Positions 7,720 through 17,463 of a DNA stretch of 64,000 nucleotides are shown one piece after another. Within the stretch, counting starts at the first letter, position 1. Every line of letters begins with the position of its first letter. Both the position numbers and the translations under genes were made by a program. The notes beneath the pieces were generated by a model. The model was not told where the DNA came from. It ran no database searches and saw nothing but the letters and a program-made list of their open reading frames with translations. The stretch lies in assembly GCA_009694865.1 (NCBI GenBank), contig SICD01000001.1:403-64402 (forward strand), given 5' to 3'. The stretch is from Candidatus Magasanikiibacteriota bacterium. Its GTDB lineage: Bacteria; Patescibacteriota; Patescibacteriia; Magasanikbacterales; GWA2-37-8.

Positions 7720-8970
7720 TTAAAAAATCTTCGCTGTCAAATTGTGTTTATTAATAATCGCCCTTGGCGGATAATCGTAACCAAGCCGAATTCGCGCCAC
7801 CGTTTCAGCCGCTACTGCACCCGCCATCGCCACGGTTGACCCCAGTTGCGGAATTAAAGTTGAAGTAGGAATTTCACTTTTTTCTTCAATAATATCTTTT
7901 AACTCGTCTTGACGATACGCGGTGCCAACGAGGCTATCCACAAACGCAAAAAATGCTTGCCTATTGCCAGGCCGATTATAAACTTCTTCCATTTTTTTAT
8001 ACAACTCACTATCGGTCGTTCCAAATGTGAGCGGAAGCGTTTGGTCTTGGTCAAATCGACACACATCCAGTTGCACAGCCGAGCCAATGTCCGTCACCAT
8101 CACCACCGGAAGTTTCCGTTTCCTTGCTTCCTCGCGAATGAATAATTTCACACGTGGATCATCCACTTCTTCCACAACAATATCGGTCGTTGGCTCGCCC
8201 TCTCTGCCATCAAAAAATTCTTTCACATTATCCAATGTCACGCCTTCGTCGTACACAAACACATTCATATACGGATCCATGGCATAAATTTGTTCCGCCA
8301 CGACCCGCGCTTTATTTTTTAACGCCAAATCTACTTCGCTTGCTCGCTCGGCCTGGCTTTTTACCATTTCAAAATATCCCAAACGCACGCGGTTAATATT
8401 TTCCATTTTATACAAACTCTTGTCGGCTACTTTAATATTACTCGGACGCATGTCCATAACCAGGCTATGGATGACGCTGCTCCCCACGCTGCACCCGGCC
8501 ACTGCCACAACAGTAGTAGATAATTTCTCTCGCACCTCTGCCCAGGATAATTTTTTATTTTTATCAGTCAGCAGGGTGGAACTACTGGTGACAGCCACGG
8601 TGTGATGCCAGTACGGCGGACAAAACCTCACTAGATGGTTCCGCTCGGCATAATAAGCATAATACCCATAAGCAAACGGCGCACCTGGCCCCAAAACGGA
8701 TAATTGATTGCTGTAATTTTCCCATTCACCATTAAACTCTTCACGCAAACTTTTCCCAGAAGCGCCCCGCGCCGAAAGCGTCAATCTCTCATTCAAACCA
8801 AAAATTGTGGCTTGGGTTAAATCGTATTGATGCGACGGTGGGACGCCTCGCTCCTCGCCATCAATCGTAATTTTTGTTGTTCCGTCATTTTCGTAACGCA
8901 CCAAACCTAAACTGTGAGCCACACCAGCTTCATAGATAAACGGTTTACCAATTAGTCGAGAAACGGACAT
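7720..8970 (-). CDS. ThiF/MoeB/E1-like adenylyltransferase-family protein with a roughly 150-aa N-terminal extension
   Basis: Rossmann GxGxxG loop VAVAGCSVGSSVIHSLV followed by a ThiF-like core. Its start is 3 nt after the stop of the upstream 371-aa gene. Confidence 0.6.
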   Translation of the reverse strand: MSVSRLIGKPFIYEAGVAHSLGLVRYENDGTTKITIDGEERGVPPSHQYDLTQATIFGLNERLTLSARGASGKSLREEFNGEWENYSNQLSVLGPGAPFAYGYYAYYAERNHLVRFCPPYWHHTVAVTSSSTLLTDKNKKLSWAEVREKLSTTVVAVAGCSVGSSVIHSLVMDMRPSNIKVADKSLYKMENINRVRLGYFEMVKSQAERASEVDLALKNKARVVAEQIYAMDPYMNVFVYDEGVTLDNVKEFFDGREGEPTTDIVVEEVDDPRVKLFIREEARKRKLPVVMVTDIGSAVQLDVCRFDQDQTLPLTFGTTDSELYKKMEEVYNRPGNRQAFFAFVDSLVGTAYRQDELKDIIEEKSEIPTSTLIPQLGSTVAMAGAVAAETVARIRLGYDYPPRAIINKHNLTAKIF

Positions 8971-8973
8971 AGT

Positions 8974-10089
8974 CTATTTAAGATCAAGAGCCGCGACCGC
9001 TGCGTCCAATTGCGCGCGCCACCCTGGCGCGTCAATAAATCGGAGTAGTGGTCCATCCCCCACTTCCGCGTCTACCAAGGCTCGCAGTTGTTTACCAGTT
9101 AACGTAGCGCCGGGAATTTGTCCATGGGCTGTAAGCAGACGCCCCAATCCGCGCAGATGATTCAATAAATCGCGGTGCGATGATTCTTCCCACTGTTCAA
9201 TTTCATGTTCCACAAAATTTTCCAAAAAATGACAAAACGACTGCGCTGTCATCTTGCCTTCGTGATAAAGCCGTTTGAGGAGCCGTGCTAGCTCGTGCAT
9301 ATTCAAAAAATACCCCGGAAAACGATAGGCCATTACTTTGCGCTCCAACATAATTTCTTCCGGAGTACATTTAAAATGCACTTCAATACCCGGCACAGTG
9401 AGCTGAACATTTGTTTCGCGCTGAATCTCCATCGAAATTTTATTAAATAGTCGTTCACTAAACACCGCTGTAACAAAGGTAAGATCGCGCGTGGTGGCAT
9501 GGTGAAACACATAATAATTCATCAGCAAAAAAGCGACCGCTGAATATTTAAGACGCGTGGAACGATTCCCAATAAGACCCTTGGAATTATAATGAGCAAA
9601 ACCGCAAATGCGCGATATCGTCATGACATTTTTCCAAAAAACACCCTCACTCTCGCCCACCTCCTCCGCGAGATGCTGACCAACACTTTTTCCAAGAAAA
9701 TGATACTGGTCAAGATCTTCAGTGGAAAGTGGCGTGCCGTTCGCTGGAATAAAACGAGTGCTTACCCATTCCGTATGATACGTTACCACCCCTTCTTCGT
9801 CGGTCGCTGGATAATCTACTCGGCACAGATATACCGCGGCCTTGTCGTCGTAGCTATCGAGCAACGGCACCGCGCCATAACGCAAGTACGATCGCCGCGC
9901 TTCACTCACCAGCGCTGGCCAATGGGGGTGAAGCCAATTAGATACGTGGAATTCTTTTGCTTCGTATAAAACAAAATGAACCTGACCCCAACGATAGGTA
10001 TAAAGAGGGTCGGGTAATTCACTGGTAAGATGCTGGATATGCTCCGGCGTCAAAGCTGACTTTCCATTTCGATGGATGCCAAAAGGCAT
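8974..10089 (-). CDS. Hypothetical protein (371 aa), translationally coupled between argS and the E1-like gene
   Basis: Open frame with a conserved-looking Cys/His-containing core (...MTISRICGFAHYNSKGLIGNRSTRLKYSAVAFLLMNYYVFHHATTRD...). No family was recognised with confidence. Confidence 0.55.
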   Translation of the reverse strand: MPFGIHRNGKSALTPEHIQHLTSELPDPLYTYRWGQVHFVLYEAKEFHVSNWLHPHWPALVSEARRSYLRYGAVPLLDSYDDKAAVYLCRVDYPATDEEGVVTYHTEWVSTRFIPANGTPLSTEDLDQYHFLGKSVGQHLAEEVGESEGVFWKNVMTISRICGFAHYNSKGLIGNRSTRLKYSAVAFLLMNYYVFHHATTRDLTFVTAVFSERLFNKISMEIQRETNVQLTVPGIEVHFKCTPEEIMLERKVMAYRFPGYFLNMHELARLLKRLYHEGKMTAQSFCHFLENFVEHEIEQWEESSHRDLLNHLRGLGRLLTAHGQIPGATLTGKQLRALVDAEVGDGPLLRFIDAPGWRAQLDAAVAALDLK

Positions 10090-10102
10090 ATAAGGATGAA
10101 AA

Positions 10103-11800
10103 TTACATCTTTTCTACCACTTTAATTCCCAAAAGATAGAGGCCGCGCTTGGCGACTGTGAGAACGCTTTTAATTAATTGAGCTCGAAAAATTCTAGTAG
10201 CACCTTCAGATTTTACTACCGAGCAGGCTGCATAAAAATCGCTAAAGCGTTGCGCGAGTACCAGCAAATAATGAGCAATAAGCGAAGGATCCGGCAATGC
10301 CGCCGCCCGTGCTGTGACCGCTCCAAATTCGCCTAGCAATAATAATAGCCGTTTTTCTTCTAAAACAATCGTCTCCGGAATCTCGCCGAGACTAAGAGTG
10401 CCAATTTTTTCTAAAATACTGCGAATACGCGCGCACATATACAAAAGATACGGCCCAGAATCACCCGTTAAACTCACCGAAGTTTTAAAATCAAACGCAA
10501 TATCATTCTCAATTCCCGTCTTAAGAAACGCATACTTAACCGCCGCCAAAGCAACATTTTTAATAACATCGTCCTTGTTTGGAAGATCGCTCTCGCTCAT
10601 AATTTGCGTCACTTCTTTTTCTGCTTCGTCCAAAAGCCACTCCCCTAAAACCACTTTGCCTGTGCGCGAACTCATTTTCCCCTCTTTAAGTTTGACCCAA
10701 CCATATTCTAAATGCCGCTCTCGCTCCTTGCTTTTTGGCAAAGTAAATTCTAAAGCTTTAAACAACACTTTAAAATATTCCGATTGTTCCTTGGCCACCA
10801 CATGATAAATTGCTACTGGGTCAAACTCAGCAAATTGTTTTTCCGCCAAAGCCAAATCCTTGGCTTCATACGTAGGGAAGCCTTTGCTGTTTAAAAACAC
10901 CCGGTCGTGCAAACCAAATTCAGAGCCTTTAAAAATCACCGCGCCCTCACTTTGCACAAAAATTTCTTTTACCACGCACTCTTTCACAATTTCCCGTCCA
11001 CGCGCGAACACTTCCGATTCAAAATACAACCGGTCAAACCGACTCCCCACGCGCGCATAAATAGCGTCAAAATATTCCAAACTCCAGCCCCTCGTCTCCG
11101 TGTACATTTCTCGAATGGATTCGTCGTGAGTGTAAATCGATTCATTAATCTCCCCAATTTCGGCTTTAACCTTTTCATCTTGTTCAAACGTCTGACTCCC
11201 CAAAGCATAAGCCTTGCCCAAAAACGCCACGCGCTCGGTAATCGTTTTATTTTTTACCGTCTCATATTCAGCTCGCAGCTGCCGCACTCCCCACAAACAT
11301 TTGGCAATGTGCATACCCACATCACCCTGATAATTCGCTCGCACCACTTCGTATCCGGCATTCTCCAAAATTCGCACTAAACTCTCGCCCGTCACGATAT
11401 TTCGTAAATGACCAATATGAAAAGCTTTGTGTGTGTTCGGATGCGCGAACTCCACTATCACTTTTTTACCTTTCCCAATTTCACCCATGCCATAATCATC
11501 ACCCCGGCGCGTAATTTCTTCAATCACCATTCTAGCCACCTCCGCTCCATTAAGAAAAAAATTCACATACGATCCCACCGCGCGCACGTCACTCACCATT
11601 CTTAATTCTTCATTCTTAATTCTTAATTCCAATTCTTTGGCCACTTCCACCGGACTCTTTTTTTGAGTCTTCGCGATCCCAAAACACGCGAACGCGAAAT
11701 CACCCATCTCGGCTTTAGGTGGAGCGGTAAATTCAATTGCGCCTTCCACTCCCACGGAGCGGAGCGCGGCTTCTAATTCACTGGTTATCTTAAAAGACAT
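10103..11800 (-). CDS. argS: Arginyl-tRNA synthetase
   Basis: Class I HIGH region EFAHPNTHKAFHIGHLRN, and the ArgS-type C-terminus ...AKRGLYLLGIKVVEKM. The likely start is MSFKITSELEAAL (ATG at 11798-11800). Confidence 0.8.
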   Translation of the reverse strand: MSFKITSELEAALRSVGVEGAIEFTAPPKAEMGDFAFACFGIAKTQKKSPVEVAKELELRIKNEELRMVSDVRAVGSYVNFFLNGAEVARMVIEEITRRGDDYGMGEIGKGKKVIVEFAHPNTHKAFHIGHLRNIVTGESLVRILENAGYEVVRANYQGDVGMHIAKCLWGVRQLRAEYETVKNKTITERVAFLGKAYALGSQTFEQDEKVKAEIGEINESIYTHDESIREMYTETRGWSLEYFDAIYARVGSRFDRLYFESEVFARGREIVKECVVKEIFVQSEGAVIFKGSEFGLHDRVFLNSKGFPTYEAKDLALAEKQFAEFDPVAIYHVVAKEQSEYFKVLFKALEFTLPKSKERERHLEYGWVKLKEGKMSSRTGKVVLGEWLLDEAEKEVTQIMSESDLPNKDDVIKNVALAAVKYAFLKTGIENDIAFDFKTSVSLTGDSGPYLLYMCARIRSILEKIGTLSLGEIPETIVLEEKRLLLLLGEFGAVTARAAALPDPSLIAHYLLVLAQRFSDFYAACSVVKSEGATRIFRAQLIKSVLTVAKRGLYLLGIKVVEKM

Positions 11801-11922
11801 GTAGGCTATTCTATTACAAACAAAGGCAAAAAGCAAATAAAAAAATAATCCCACTTCACAGGATTATCGTTCCCCTCCTCAAAGAACATTATACCACAAT
11901 TTATCGGATAATGACACTACCC

Positions 11923-11955
11923 TGCTCGCAGAGTCGAATGACCCTGTGGATAAGT
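11923..11955 (-). repeat. Copy 2 of the 33-bp DnaA-box-like/hairpin repeat, in inverse orientation
   Basis: The reverse complement reads acttatccacagggtcattcgactctgcgagca (1 mismatch to the copy at 2885-2917). Confidence 0.5.
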
Positions 11956-11960
11956 TCTTG

Positions 11961-12260
11961 CTATTCCGCTTCATGAATAACGCGAGCGCGACGCAAAAGC
12001 GTAGGGTTAACTAAACGATGGGCACGGGTAATGTCGTCAACCAAAAGCGCGCTACCCGGATTTTCTCCAACTCGCCCCATAAAACGCCATGGCTTAACGT
12101 CATCCCGCGATTGAACCAAATCGCCCGGCTGCGCCTTGCAACCAGAAAACGATTCGGGGTAATAGATGATATTTTGCTCCGGCGATGTGAATGTTTGCGG
12201 ACGAATCTCTTTTGGGCTCACGCTATCGCGACTTCCTTCGCCACCAAGTCTTTTACTCAT
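11961..12260 (-). CDS. Hypothetical protein (99 aa) coupled 4 nt downstream of tyrS
   Basis: Only ORF evidence and tight coupling. No homology was recognised. Confidence 0.3.
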   Translation of the reverse strand: MSKRLGGEGSRDSVSPKEIRPQTFTSPEQNIIYYPESFSGCKAQPGDLVQSRDDVKPWRFMGRVGENPGSALLVDDITRAHRLVNPTLLRRARVIHEAE

Positions 12261-12264
12261 ACAC

Positions 12265-13458
12265 TTAGATTGTTTTTACAAAAAACCGCTTGCCTTTTTG
12301 GATGATATCACCTGGCTTTAAAATCGTGTATTGATCGGCAACAACATCATTTACTCGAACACCGTCTTGCGATAAAAGTCTACGTGCCTCAGTCCTGCTT
12401 GAACATAATCCAGAGTATAATAATACTGAGATAATGCTACTATCACTAGCAAGAAGTTTGTGCTCTGGAATATCTTCGACTGGGGGTCTTTCTTTATTTT
12501 GGATAACACTGGCAAAATTTTTCTCTCCCTGCTCAGCCGCTTCCTCGCCTAAAAATGTTTTAGTAATTTCATACGCCAACATTTTTTTAAATTTCATCGG
12601 CTCGGCTTGAATGAATTTTTCACTCGGCACGTCAGCGCGGGTACATAATTCAAACCCACCACGAATCATCCCATCGCTCCAGCGCATTACTTTGCCAAAC
12701 ATATCTTCCGGCGTATCGCTAAACGCCACCATATTTCCTTCGGTCTTGCCCATTTTTACACCGCTGTCATCGACCAAAAGCTTAAGCGTAAGTACAAATT
12801 TTTCTTTTCCTTTAAACTGCTTCATCAAATCACGCCCTACTAGCATGTTAAACGTCTGATCATTCCCACCGACTTCGCCATCTACCTCCATTGCCACCGA
12901 ATCATATCCTTGAAGCAAGGGATATAATAACTCGTGCGCGTAAATTGGTTTGCTCTCAGCTAGTCGCTTTTGGAACATATCTCGCTCCATTAAACGTTGT
13001 TGCGTAATATGTGTAGCGACATTCAATAAATCAGCCGCACTCATCTTGCCCCACCACTCGCCATTAAATTTAACGAGCGCTGGATTGTCACCGCTAAAAT
13101 TTAAGATAGCACTCGCCTGTTTTTTGTATAACGCGCAGTTCTGGCTTACCTGTTCTGGCGTCAGTTGTTGGCGTGCCGCCAATTTATCAGTCGGGTCGCC
13201 TATCATGCCAGTAAAATCACCAACCAAAAAAATTACCTTGTGGCCAAGTTCTTGAAATTGTTGAAGTTTTAAAAGTGTGATCCCATTGCCAATATGGAGC
13301 GTGGGAGCCGTTGGATCATAGCCAACATAGAGCGTGAGCGGCTTTCCATCTTTAAGGCGAGCCTCCAAAAATTCTTTTTTAGGGTAAATATTTTCTACTC
13401 CGCGAGAGAGAAGTTCGTTAATTTTTTTATCGTCAGTTGAAATTTTCATATTGGCCAT
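12265..13458 (-). CDS. tyrS: Tyrosyl-tRNA synthetase
   Basis: YVGYDPTAPTLHIGNGI (HIGH-like), LLQGYD, KMGKTEGN (KMSKS) and a C-terminal S4 domain (...EARRLLSQDGVRVND...). Confidence 0.85.
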   Translation of the reverse strand: MANMKISTDDKKINELLSRGVENIYPKKEFLEARLKDGKPLTLYVGYDPTAPTLHIGNGITLLKLQQFQELGHKVIFLVGDFTGMIGDPTDKLAARQQLTPEQVSQNCALYKKQASAILNFSGDNPALVKFNGEWWGKMSAADLLNVATHITQQRLMERDMFQKRLAESKPIYAHELLYPLLQGYDSVAMEVDGEVGGNDQTFNMLVGRDLMKQFKGKEKFVLTLKLLVDDSGVKMGKTEGNMVAFSDTPEDMFGKVMRWSDGMIRGGFELCTRADVPSEKFIQAEPMKFKKMLAYEITKTFLGEEAAEQGEKNFASVIQNKERPPVEDIPEHKLLASDSSIISVLLYSGLCSSRTEARRLLSQDGVRVNDVVADQYTILKPGDIIQKGKRFFVKTI

Positions 13459-15680
13459 TTTTGAATCATAAGTAGTTTTTCTTTTTCCTTTCCATACATC
13501 TCACTCCAAATCGCCTCCGTCACAAACGGCATAAACGGGTGCAGGAGCTTGAGCGACATAATAAGATTATGGAGAAGAATTTTTTTAGTATTATCCGCAA
13601 ACGCTTCGTCAACTAATTGCGTTTTGCTCGCCTCCAAATACACATCGGCCAATTTGTGCCACACAAAATCATAAATAGTTTGCGCCGCTTCGTGCAAACG
13701 AAACGCTTCAAGACCGCTCGTCACTCCCTCAATCGTTTGTTGTAATTCGAGAATAATGGTTTTATCGGCCTCAGTCTTCGTTTCAATCGATTTGGAGCTT
13801 GAAATTTGGAGCTTGGAAACTTCCAGATTTGTCAAAACAAATCTGGCGATGTTCCACAACTTATTCGCGAAATGCTTCATACCCTTAACCTTATCTTCCG
13901 CCAACGGAATATCGTTACCCGCCGCAGTGGAAAACACCAGCGCGAAACGAAGCGCGTCCGTACCATAGGTATCAATAACTCCTAACGGATCAATCACATT
14001 CCCCTTACTTTTGCTCATTTTCTGACGATCTTTATCGCGCACCAGGCCATGCAAAAATATTTTTTCAAATGGCGGTTTGCTAGTTCGATAATATGACATC
14101 ATTACCATTCTAGCCACCCAGAAAAAAATAATATCCCAACCAGTTTCCATTACTTGCGTAGGAAAATAGGTTTCAAAATCTTTGGTACCATGCTTGGCAT
14201 CATTCGCCATAAGCGTGGCGTACGGCCACTGACCGGACGAAAACCAAGTGTCGAAAGTATCAGGATCATGAATAATTTCTGTAGAATCACAATGCGGGCA
14301 GACTGTCAGAGTATTCTCAACATCAACAATCACACCATTCTTCATTCGACATTCGTCATTCTGCATTCGCTGACAGTACCACACTGGCAGCGGTATCCCC
14401 CACCAAATTTGGCGGCTAATTGGCCAATCGCGAATATTTTCCATCCAGTGACGATATGTTTTTTCGAATTTCTCCGTAACAATCTCTACTTCTTTTTTGT
14501 CGAGCGCCTGGACGGCCATATCGCGAAGCGAAGGGCGGCCATCGGGCAATTGCTTGGTCATGGCAATGTACCACTGCGGCACAATTTGCGGCTCAATGAG
14601 ATTACCACATTTGTAGCAGAGCTGGACATTGTGCTTATATTTATCATCAATATGGTCTACCAACCCTTTGCCTTGTAGTTTCTCCACAATTTTAACGCGC
14701 GCGTCCAAAATTTTCATACCCGAAAACTCTCCGGTCATCGGGAGCATTTTACCTCGTTTGTCTATTACCTGTTCAACATCCAATTTGTGCCGCTCCGCAA
14801 TCTCAAAATCCACCGCCGAGTGTGCTGGAGTGATGGTCATAACGCCGGTACCAAATTCCATATCCGCGGCTTCATCTTTTATAACGGTGGCGGTAATGGA
14901 TCCGTTAATCCATTCTAAATTTAATTTATCACCATGTTTATACCGGGTGTAGCGCTTATCATCCGGATGCATAACAACATATTTATCGCCAAATTTTGTT
15001 TCGGGACGCGATGTGCCAATAACAAACGGACCGTATTTAAAATAATAAAATTGTTCTTGGCGCTCTTCATATTTCGTTTCTAAATCTGCCAAACCGGTTT
15101 GATGCTTGGGACACCAATTGCAAATACGACCCGCACGATAAATTAGACCATCGGCGTACATTTGTTTAAACGTGGCGTAAACGACTTTAACAATTTCCGG
15201 ATCAAGACTAAAAATATTTCGGCTCCAATCGCATGACGCCCCCAAACGGCGAATACCATTCTCGCTCAAATGCTTGTTATGTTGCACAAAATCCCAACAC
15301 GCTTTATAGAATTCCTCACGCGTCATTTTAAAACGGCTGGTGCCTTCTTTCTCTAATTTTTTTTCAAATACCACCTGGGTTTCAAAACCAGCGTGGTCGG
15401 TGCCCGGCAACCACAAAGCTCTGCGCCCGCGCATGCGGTGATACCGAGTTAAAATATCTTGAATTGTTAAACCCAAAGCATGCCCCACGTGCAAGGGAGC
15501 GTTGGCGTTGGGGAGCGGGAGCATTATCGTAAAGGGCCTTCGCTCCGCTTCGCTTAGATTATCCACCCAAGGCAGATGCGCCTCGGGCGCAAAAAAACCG
15601 CTGTCTTCCCAGCGCTTATAAATATCGGCCTCGTATTGGCCAGGGTCGTAAGCTTTAGCTAATTCTTCCATAGTCTCCAT
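13446..15680 (-). CDS. valS: Valyl-tRNA synthetase, short form (744 aa; the C-terminal coiled-coil appears absent). Its 3' end overlaps tyrS by 13 nt.
   Basis: PNANAPLHVGHALG...LWLPGTDHAGFETQ, WPISRQIWWGIPLPVWYC, KMSKSKGNVIDP. Confidence 0.85.
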   Translation of the reverse strand: METMEELAKAYDPGQYEADIYKRWEDSGFFAPEAHLPWVDNLSEAERRPFTIMLPLPNANAPLHVGHALGLTIQDILTRYHRMRGRRALWLPGTDHAGFETQVVFEKKLEKEGTSRFKMTREEFYKACWDFVQHNKHLSENGIRRLGASCDWSRNIFSLDPEIVKVVYATFKQMYADGLIYRAGRICNWCPKHQTGLADLETKYEERQEQFYYFKYGPFVIGTSRPETKFGDKYVVMHPDDKRYTRYKHGDKLNLEWINGSITATVIKDEAADMEFGTGVMTITPAHSAVDFEIAERHKLDVEQVIDKRGKMLPMTGEFSGMKILDARVKIVEKLQGKGLVDHIDDKYKHNVQLCYKCGNLIEPQIVPQWYIAMTKQLPDGRPSLRDMAVQALDKKEVEIVTEKFEKTYRHWMENIRDWPISRQIWWGIPLPVWYCQRMQNDECRMKNGVIVDVENTLTVCPHCDSTEIIHDPDTFDTWFSSGQWPYATLMANDAKHGTKDFETYFPTQVMETGWDIIFFWVARMVMMSYYRTSKPPFEKIFLHGLVRDKDRQKMSKSKGNVIDPLGVIDTYGTDALRFALVFSTAAGNDIPLAEDKVKGMKHFANKLWNIARFVLTNLEVSKLQISSSKSIETKTEADKTIILELQQTIEGVTSGLEAFRLHEAAQTIYDFVWHKLADVYLEASKTQLVDEAFADNTKKILLHNLIMSLKLLHPFMPFVTEAIWSEMYGKEKEKLLMIQKWPI

Positions 15681-15766
15681 ATTCTACTTAAAAAAGAGAA
15701 AATACGCAAGTTTTTTGGCTAAAATAATGAGTTTTGTTATCCACAGGACACCCAAACTTGGCGTAG

Positions 15767-15795
15767 TTGACACATTTCTTAAAATTTGCTACAAT
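15767..15795 (+). promoter_or_regulatory. Sigma70-like promoter TTGACA-N17-TACAAT upstream of the DHH-family gene
   Basis: ttgaca at 15767-15772, a 17-nt spacer, and tacaat at 15790-15795. Confidence 0.5.
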
Positions 15796-15844
15796 CACTG
15801 GTCGTCTTGATGGCAGACCTTTGTGCTTTTATTAGATAAATCCT

Positions 15845-16984
15845 GTGGCTTTAAATGATACTGAACAATTTAAAACCCTGCTTACCAATAGCCGCCACGC
15901 GCTAATTGTGTTCGCGTCCAAAAATAATGGCGACGCTATCGCGAGCGCGCTAGCCCTTAAAAAATGGTGTGGACGGGGAAATCGTGAGGCTGAAATCGCC
16001 TGCAGTGATTTTACCGCGCCCGCGAATTTAAAATTTCTTCCCGGCCTAACCGAAATTAAACCCGAACTCGCGCACCTGCAAAAATTCATCATCAAAGTAG
16101 ATGTGAGTAAAGCACCGATTGATACTTTAAGTTACGATGTAAAAGATAACTGGCTCTCCATTTATTTAACCCCCAAAGCCGGCACCATCACCAAACAAGA
16201 ACTGCGCACCGCCCAGTCCACTTTTAAATATGATTTAATTATTACGCTCGGCGCTCCGGATTTGGATTCGCTCGGGAGCATCTTTTTTAATAACACTGAT
16301 TTGTTTTACCGCACGCCCATCGTCAATTTTGATTACCAAAGCGGCAACGAACGCTACGGCCAAGTAAATATTGTAGACGGAACTGCCAGCGCCATTGCCG
16401 AAGTGGTAGCGCACACCCTGCACACTTTGGAACCAACCAGTCTGAATGGCGAAATTGCCACCGCGCTCCTTGCCGGGCTGACGATTGCGACTGGCAGTTT
16501 TAAACATGCCCGCCTCTCCCCCCTCACTATGCAACTCGCCAGCGACCTGGTGACCGCCGGCGCCGAACGCGAAAAAATTGTCCAACACCTCTACCGCACC
16601 CGCTCGGTCGCCAGCCTTAAGCTCTGGGGCCAGGCGCTTACTCATTTACAAATCGATGCCGAGCTCGGCCTGGTATCAACACTATTAACCCGCGATGATT
16701 TTATTCACTCCGGAACGACCGCGGACGATTTGCACGGCATTGTAGAAGAACTACTCTCCACCGCGCCCGAAGCCAAGCTCACCTTGGTACTCTACGAAGT
16801 TAACGGTGGAGGAACAAAAAAAATCCACGGCATTTTAGCCGTGGATAAAAACTTTGACGCCACGAAACTCCTCGCCCAATTAAACCCCACCGGCACCAAA
16901 CGCCAGGTGTCGTTTATTTTGGAAAATATGAGTTTGCAGGAAGCGGAGGAGAAAGTGAAGATCATAATTAAAGAAGCCCGCTAA
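15845..16984 (+). CDS. DHH-family (NrnA-like) phosphoesterase homolog lacking the catalytic DHH motif
   Basis: DHH fold motifs I/II are diverged (IVFASKNNGDAIASALAL). In place of DHH it has ITLGAPDLDSL. A DHHA1-like GGG...H region is present (EVNGGGTKKIHG). It has a GTG start. Confidence 0.55.
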   Translation: MALNDTEQFKTLLTNSRHALIVFASKNNGDAIASALALKKWCGRGNREAEIACSDFTAPANLKFLPGLTEIKPELAHLQKFIIKVDVSKAPIDTLSYDVKDNWLSIYLTPKAGTITKQELRTAQSTFKYDLIITLGAPDLDSLGSIFFNNTDLFYRTPIVNFDYQSGNERYGQVNIVDGTASAIAEVVAHTLHTLEPTSLNGEIATALLAGLTIATGSFKHARLSPLTMQLASDLVTAGAEREKIVQHLYRTRSVASLKLWGQALTHLQIDAELGLVSTLLTRDDFIHSGTTADDLHGIVEELLSTAPEAKLTLVLYEVNGGGTKKIHGILAVDKNFDATKLLAQLNPTGTKRQVSFILENMSLQEAEEKVKIIIKEAR

Positions 16985-16991
16985 TCGCTCA

Positions 16992-17080
16992 CTGTCATTC
17001 TGAGCGGAGCGAAGAATCCCTTAAAGCCAACATCTAAGTTAATGCAAACATCAAGGGATCCTTCATTTCACTCAGGACAA
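16992..17080. repeat. Degenerate copy of MITE family A, immediately upstream of high-GC cassette A
   Basis: ctgtcattctgagcggagcgaagaatccc...gggatccttcatttcactcaggacaa. Confidence 0.5.
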
Positions 17081-17151
17081 CAAAGAGAACAACAACCCAT
17101 GAGGTGGCCGCCCCAAAAGGACAGGCCACCAGCCTCGAAAGGAGGCAGACC

Positions 17152-17463
17152 ATGAAGATGTTCCTGGTCGTATACATCTCCAAGACCGTGGGAATCCCCT
17201 TCGCTAATGTCGTCACAGGGAAAAAGATCAAGACCCAGAAGCAAGCGCGAGAGACCATGGTGGCGAAAGGCCACACCGTTGTATCCGTGAGTGAGGTCCC
17301 AGTCAAGAACACAAGTGATGAGGATACGAAGAAGATGGCGGTGGCACTGATCAATCTCGTCGAGCAGTGCCCTCCGCTCAACAACGTCCTCAACAGTCTG
17401 GCGTATTGGGCGTTGTGCGCGGGACGCGACTACGAACGCAAGCTCGGCCTGAAGAAGAAGTAA
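17152..17463 (+). CDS. Small hypothetical protein (103 aa) on a high-G+C single-gene cassette
   Basis: aggagg at 17140-17145, 6 nt before the ATG at 17152 (MKMFLVVYISKTVGIPF...). G+C is visibly higher than the flanks. It is followed by three hairpins including a canonical terminator. The ORF-track 17104 start and the antisense ORFs 17034..17393 and 17068..17526 are rejected. Confidence 0.55.
   Translation: MKMFLVVYISKTVGIPFANVVTGKKIKTQKQARETMVAKGHTVVSVSEVPVKNTSDEDTKKMAVALINLVEQCPPLNNVLNSLAYWALCAGRDYERKLGLKKK

Noticed and set aside
8974-10089. Assigning the 371-aa protein to a named family (transglutaminase-like, ATE1/Bpt, DUF2156, LuxI/FeeM-like)
   Set aside because: Only weak motif resemblance, such as C-G-F-A-H, with no confident alignment possible by eye. 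I left it as hypothetical.
2885-15750. oriC based on DnaA-box-like TTATCCACA motifs
   Set aside because: Only three boxes, spread over about 13 kb, and no dnaA or dnaN nearby. This is not a clustered origin.
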